From the NCBI GenBank assembly GCA_946544235.1, contig CAMNMC010000077.1, positions 1,239 to 65,238 on the forward strand: 64,000 nt of DNA. The letters are read 5' to 3'. Made by a program: the position numbers and the translations under genes. The notes beneath the pieces are model-generated. The model made no database searches and had not been told where the DNA came from. It was given only the letters and a program-made list of their open reading frames with translations. Below, in pieces: positions 60,047 to 64,000 of the stretch (within the stretch, counting starts at the first letter, position 1; the number at the start of each line of letters is the position of its first letter). Source of the DNA: an uncultured Lachnospiraceae bacterium. GTDB lineage: Bacteria; Bacillota; Clostridia; Lachnospirales; Lachnospiraceae.

Positions 60047-60117
60047 CACCGGGGGTGATGTAATTACCTCGGGTTAAAACCATAAATAACAGTAACAAAA
60101 GGATCAGGGTAAAGAAC

Positions 60118-61203
60118 ATGGAAAACGGTAAGAAAAGTGTTGTTGTAATATTTGGCGGAAGATCATCGGAGCATGAGGTTTCATGCATCTCGGGCGCAAC
60201 TGTTATCGAGAATATCGATAAGGAAAAATACGACGTAATGATCGTCGGAATTACCAAGGACGGTAAGTGGCTCCTTGTAGACAGCGTTGACAGTATCAGA
60301 GACGGCAGCTGGAGAAAGAGCAGAACCAGAGCGGTTATCTCGCCTGATACTGAGAGCGTTCTGATCGAAAGCCTTGAGGGCGGAATGGAAAATAAGGTTA
60401 AGGTTGATGTTGTATTTCCGGTTCTTCACGGACTTTATGGTGAGGACGGAACCATCCAGGGACTTCTGGAGATGGCTCGTATACCGTTCGTTGGCTGTGG
60501 ACATCTCTCATCAGCTGTTACCATGGACAAGTTCTTTACCAAGGTTATCGCTGATTCGGTGAACGTTTCGCAGGCTTCATATGTGCCGGTTCGTTCCTTT
60601 GAACTGAAGGACATGGACAAGGTTGTAGAGAGGATCGAGGCTGAGAAGGAATATCCTGTATTTATCAAGCCATCTAATGCAGGTTCGTCTGTGGGCATAA
60701 CCAAGGCTCACAACAGGGAGGAGCTTATTGAGGGTCTGAGACTTGCCAAGAAGCATGACAGAAAGATCCTTGTTGAGGAAACTATAAACGGACGTGAGAT
60801 AGAGTGCGCTGTATTTGGCTACGGCGACGGAGCATTTGCGACAGGTGTCGGCGAGATCGTGGCAGCGGCTGAGTTTTATGATTATGATGCAAAATACAAC
60901 AATGCTGCATCGAAGACCGTGATCGATCCGGATATTCCGGCTGAGAAGGTTGAGGAGATCCGTGAGGCGGCTGTTAAGATATACAGAGCCTGCGACTGCT
61001 TCGGTATGGCCAGAGTTGATTTCTTCCTTGAGAGAGGAACTGACAGAGTTGTATTTAACGAGATAAATGCGATTCCGGGACATACATCTATCAGCATGTA
61101 CCCGATGCTTATGGAAAGAGCCGGACATCCGATGAGTGAATATATTAACGAACTGATTGAGATGGCTTACGAGAGACATCATTATGAGCGTAAATTAGTG
61201 TAG
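60118..61203 (+). CDS. ddl: D-alanine--D-alanine ligase
   Basis: 'GGRSSEHEVS', 'LHGLYGEDGTIQG', 'GSSVG', 'YDYDAKY', 'NEINAIPG'. Confidence 0.96.
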   Translation: MENGKKSVVVIFGGRSSEHEVSCISGATVIENIDKEKYDVMIVGITKDGKWLLVDSVDSIRDGSWRKSRTRAVISPDTESVLIESLEGGMENKVKVDVVFPVLHGLYGEDGTIQGLLEMARIPFVGCGHLSSAVTMDKFFTKVIADSVNVSQASYVPVRSFELKDMDKVVERIEAEKEYPVFIKPSNAGSSVGITKAHNREELIEGLRLAKKHDRKILVEETINGREIECAVFGYGDGAFATGVGEIVAAAEFYDYDAKYNNAASKTVIDPDIPAEKVEEIREAAVKIYRACDCFGMARVDFFLERGTDRVVFNEINAIPGHTSISMYPMLMERAGHPMSEYINELIEMAYERHHYERKLV

Positions 61204-61346
61204 TTATTTGGGGCAGCTATTCCTGTATTAATTAATGATTACAATGCTTTTTGATCATATGGAAGCTTTAATTAATGATTAAATGATGTTTGATCATATG
61301 GATGCTTTTGTTATGATTGAGTACGAATGATTGGCCGGTGGGATAT

Positions 61347-61769
61347 ATGAGCAGAGAATTCAGAAAGGTTCAGATAAATATAGTCGGCAGCTCGGAGGCG
61401 GGCGATACAAAGCTTGATACCGTTGGAACTATTGCGGAAACAGAAGATGGCACCGTTATAAGATACTATGAGAAGTTTGATGGTGACTCTGTTGTGACGA
61501 AGAATCTTCTGACCATAAAAGGACAGGAGGTTACACTTGAGAAGTCAGGCGGAGTCATAGCAACGCTTAATTTTTCGCACGGGGCAGTTAATGAGACTGT
61601 CTACCGGACGGCTGCCGGACCGTTTTCAATGCAGATAATATCGGATAATGTATTTACGAAGCTGCATGAAGAGGGTGCTGATGTTGAACTTGATTACAGG
61701 ATACGTTTTGCGCCGGACAGTGAGGCTAAGAACAGCCTGAAGCTTGTGGCGAGATATGTTGATGAGTGA
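61347..61769 (+). CDS. DUF1934-family beta-barrel protein
   Basis: 'G......IRYYE', 'V.L.KSG', 'TVYRTAAG' pattern; 140 aa. Confidence 0.7.
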   Translation: MSREFRKVQINIVGSSEAGDTKLDTVGTIAETEDGTVIRYYEKFDGDSVVTKNLLTIKGQEVTLEKSGGVIATLNFSHGAVNETVYRTAAGPFSMQIISDNVFTKLHEEGADVELDYRIRFAPDSEAKNSLKLVARYVDE

Positions 61770-62058
61770 TAGCGGATAATAATCTCAGATCGTAGCACAA
61801 AGAATAATAAATAGGCGTTTCAACTCGTCAACGATTAAAACTGAAAATATTAAACTGTTAACCTAAGTTAACCCAAATTAACCTCTTGACGATGAGGATA
61901 ATTTGGGTTAATTCTGCATTTAGTACTATGATGTGACAACTATGTGACATATACGTGGTATTCTATCATGAGTTGGAGTGTTTTGAATTATTGAAGTGAA
62001 AATGCCATTAAAAAAGCGGAATACATCAGTGTTCTTGCGTCATAGATTTAAACGATTT

Positions 62059-62152
62059 TCACAATTCTTCACAAATGTCATTATTTATCACAATATATCA
62101 CAAATATTCACAAAGTATCACAAATGATGATATTTATCACAATATATCACAA
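62059..62152. repeat. Phased TCACAA direct-repeat array (8 copies)
   Basis: TCACAA starts at 62059, 62069, 62088, 62098, 62108, 62118, 62137 and 62147. Confidence 0.85.
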
Positions 62153-62198
62153 ACATCAATGATGAAATTTTATGAAATATAAGATAAGGGGTATGAGT

Positions 62199-63182
62199 TT
62201 ATTTGATTTCTGGTTTATCAGCCTTTGGGTTACGGCTAAAATAAAATACAAGAAAAAGCAGTCCGGATGACATTACCAGCACAAGAACACTTGGTATCAT
62301 GGTTTCAAAGAGCATATCAGGGATCAGATATGCACTGAGATTGATCATTATGTGCAGGAAGACTGCAGGCAGGAGACGACCGGTTCTTGTAACGATATAT
62401 GCCAGTATCATACCTGCTACAAAAGCGTACAGTCCCTGAATCAGGTTGCCGTGGTAGAGTCCGAAGAAAAGAGCGGAAAAAATAATTGCAGCCTTGACCG
62501 GAATGACCTTGCCGGCAAAATGAAGGGTCAGACCGCGGAAGATAAGCTCTTCGGCTATCGGAGCGAGCAGGATTGTTGTCAGCATCAACAGAAAAGTACG
62601 TTCTGTGAGGCTGTCTATTATCTCATCGTAGGATTCAAGAAGCTTTGGAGCGCTATGCCTGATAATAGCAAGAATGCTGCTCACAAAGAGCTGGAAACTA
62701 ATGCCCAGTACTGCAAGCAGGGCGATGGTTTTAATCTGTGTTTTTGCTGTTTTGTTTGCTGTGCTCTTATTAATGTTGCTTGTATTCTTGCTAATAGCCG
62801 ATTTGTTTGTTTTGCGAACAAGACTACGTCTGGCCTCGGCCTCTTTAACTTTCATCCACCACCATCCGAAGATGACCAGACACAGCAGTACAAAAATTAG
62901 GTTTGTGACTACTGCGTTGGAAGGCATATTTGCGCCTTCGTAGGACTCTTCATCAAAGTCAATGTTCATGCCAAGGTATGTGTGGAGAGCTGTTACTATG
63001 GCGAAGTCGGCATAGTAGGCTATGATCTCCAAAACATAGGTAGCAAAAAAAGGGGCTGCTGCAAGCAGCAGCCCCAGTATGATCATTTTAGCATCAACTG
63101 TATTATTCAGTTTCTTTTCGGACTGTGATGATACAGTCGCTTTTTTATCAGTCTGTGATCTTCTTGGCTCTTTCTCTTTCAC
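62199..63182 (-). CDS. CPBP/Abi (CAAX-like) intramembrane metalloprotease
   Basis: 'APIAEELIFRG', 'FGLYHGN', 'H..IN'. Confidence 0.9.
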   Translation of the reverse strand: MKEKEPRRSQTDKKATVSSQSEKKLNNTVDAKMIILGLLLAAAPFFATYVLEIIAYYADFAIVTALHTYLGMNIDFDEESYEGANMPSNAVVTNLIFVLLCLVIFGWWWMKVKEAEARRSLVRKTNKSAISKNTSNINKSTANKTAKTQIKTIALLAVLGISFQLFVSSILAIIRHSAPKLLESYDEIIDSLTERTFLLMLTTILLAPIAEELIFRGLTLHFAGKVIPVKAAIIFSALFFGLYHGNLIQGLYAFVAGMILAYIVTRTGRLLPAVFLHIMINLSAYLIPDMLFETMIPSVLVLVMSSGLLFLVFYFSRNPKADKPEIK

Positions 63183-63732
63183 GTTTAGCCTTTTCCTTCT
63201 CAGCCTTAAGCTGTTCTTTAGTCTTCTTGTTCTCGATATCAGCCTTAAGCTGCTGCTGATACTGAGCCTGCTGCTTACGCATCTTCTCTCTGAAGGTCAT
63301 CTTCTTCTTTTTCTTCTTGCCGTTTTCTTCTTCAACGACAGGAGCATTCTTCTGCTTGCGAACACTCTTAACGCTTACGATGTAAATACCGCTTACCATG
63401 GCCTTAACCTCACCCTTGGTTGGGAGATCGTCGAAGATTGCATCGTCGCAAAGCATTGTAACTATCTGAGGACCAACCTTAGCCTTTACTACAGGAACCT
63501 TAGCCTTCTGATATTTCTTCGGAGTCTGCTCGTAAACGACCTTAGGAAGCTTTGCATCCTTAAGAGGCATATATTTCTTGTCAATGATAAGCATATTTGC
63601 AGGCTGTGCCTGAGCCAGCATCTCTTCCTTCTGAGCAAGCTGCTTCTTCTGCATCTTGTTTCCGACTATGTAAAGTGCTACCATCGCGCCGATTATGACT
63701 ACGAGCACTATTAAAACTATTATCCACCACAT
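63148..63732 (-). CDS. Basic hypothetical protein with N-terminal TM
   Basis: GGAGG SD, N-terminal hydrophobic helix, OB-like beta core, Lys-rich tail. Confidence 0.8.
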   Translation of the reverse strand: MWWIIVLIVLVVIIGAMVALYIVGNKMQKKQLAQKEEMLAQAQPANMLIIDKKYMPLKDAKLPKVVYEQTPKKYQKAKVPVVKAKVGPQIVTMLCDDAIFDDLPTKGEVKAMVSGIYIVSVKSVRKQKNAPVVEEENGKKKKKKMTFREKMRKQQAQYQQQLKADIENKKTKEQLKAEKEKAKRERERAKKITD

Positions 63733-63830
63733 TGTTTTGTAAATCCTCCGATTCTATATCTTGTTTGTTTTGAACTATTATGGAATTACTGAGACGTGTC
63801 ACTTTTGCGGACTCAGTATTTCTGTAATCA

Positions 63831-63998
63831 TTATTTTTCTTTATGACTTTCCAGCATCGCTGTCACTCTGTTCGGTATATCAGCATAGAAAGCTTTTCTG
63901 TCCTGAACACTCATGTCATAAGGTGTTACAGGTTCACTGAAGGTGACTGTAACATGACGTTTTCTGATGAAGTGATGCTTGTTATTTTCGAAAATATC
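63831..63998 (-). CDS. 3' end of a lysophospholipid acyltransferase (PlsC-like), truncated by the window
   Basis: Reads DIFENNKHHFIRKRHVTVTFSEPVTPYDM...LESHKEK*, similar to LPLAT C-termini. Confidence 0.55.
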   Translation of the reverse strand, partial: DIFENNKHHFIRKRHVTVTFSEPVTPYDMSVQDRKAFYADIPNRVTAMLESHKEK

Positions 63999-64000
63999 AT

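Noticed and set aside
61228-61310. ~40-bp tandem duplication after ddl
   Set aside because: Two imperfect AT-rich copies with no further structure.
1-64000. tRNA, rRNA, IS, integrase, CRISPR array
   Set aside because: None recognised on either strand by inspection.

Overview
Chromosomal segment of a low-GC Firmicute; gene content and protein style suggest a rumen/gut Lachnospiraceae (inference). Left flank: DUF4139 protein, C39-like protein, Gln-rich membrane protein, divergent galK-galT/galR with three operators, GH3 beta-glucosidase, and an SOS-boxed umuC-yolD pair. Right flank: glmS ribozyme plus glmS, DivIVA-like, PAS-PocR-GAF, mreB, recD2, comF, ddl, CAAX protease and a partial plsC. 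The main object is a ~34 kb co-directional block (15.4-49.3 kb). It encodes a minimal Gram-positive/Mollicutes-ICE-type type IV secretion core (pilin, VirD4, VirB6-like, PrgI-VirB4 fusion) with no recognisable relaxase, integrase or peptidoglycan hydrolase. Embedded in it are two LytS-type kinase / REC-SARP regulator pairs, a STAS/RsbW/PP2C partner-switch trio, an HD-GYP protein, an 1881-aa secreted PLAT-like repeat protein and two large charged cytoplasmic proteins that could be substrates. Four promoters in the block share an exact 9-2-9-8-(-10) direct-repeat architecture typical of SARP activators, and the VirB4 and PP2C tails share a short linear motif. The working hypothesis is a domesticated, regulated protein-secretion T4SS. 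Other oddities are two covarying hairpins with a shared 33-nt core between galK and galT, and a phased TCACAA array near 62.1 kb. All calls come from reading motifs by eye; no database searches were run.
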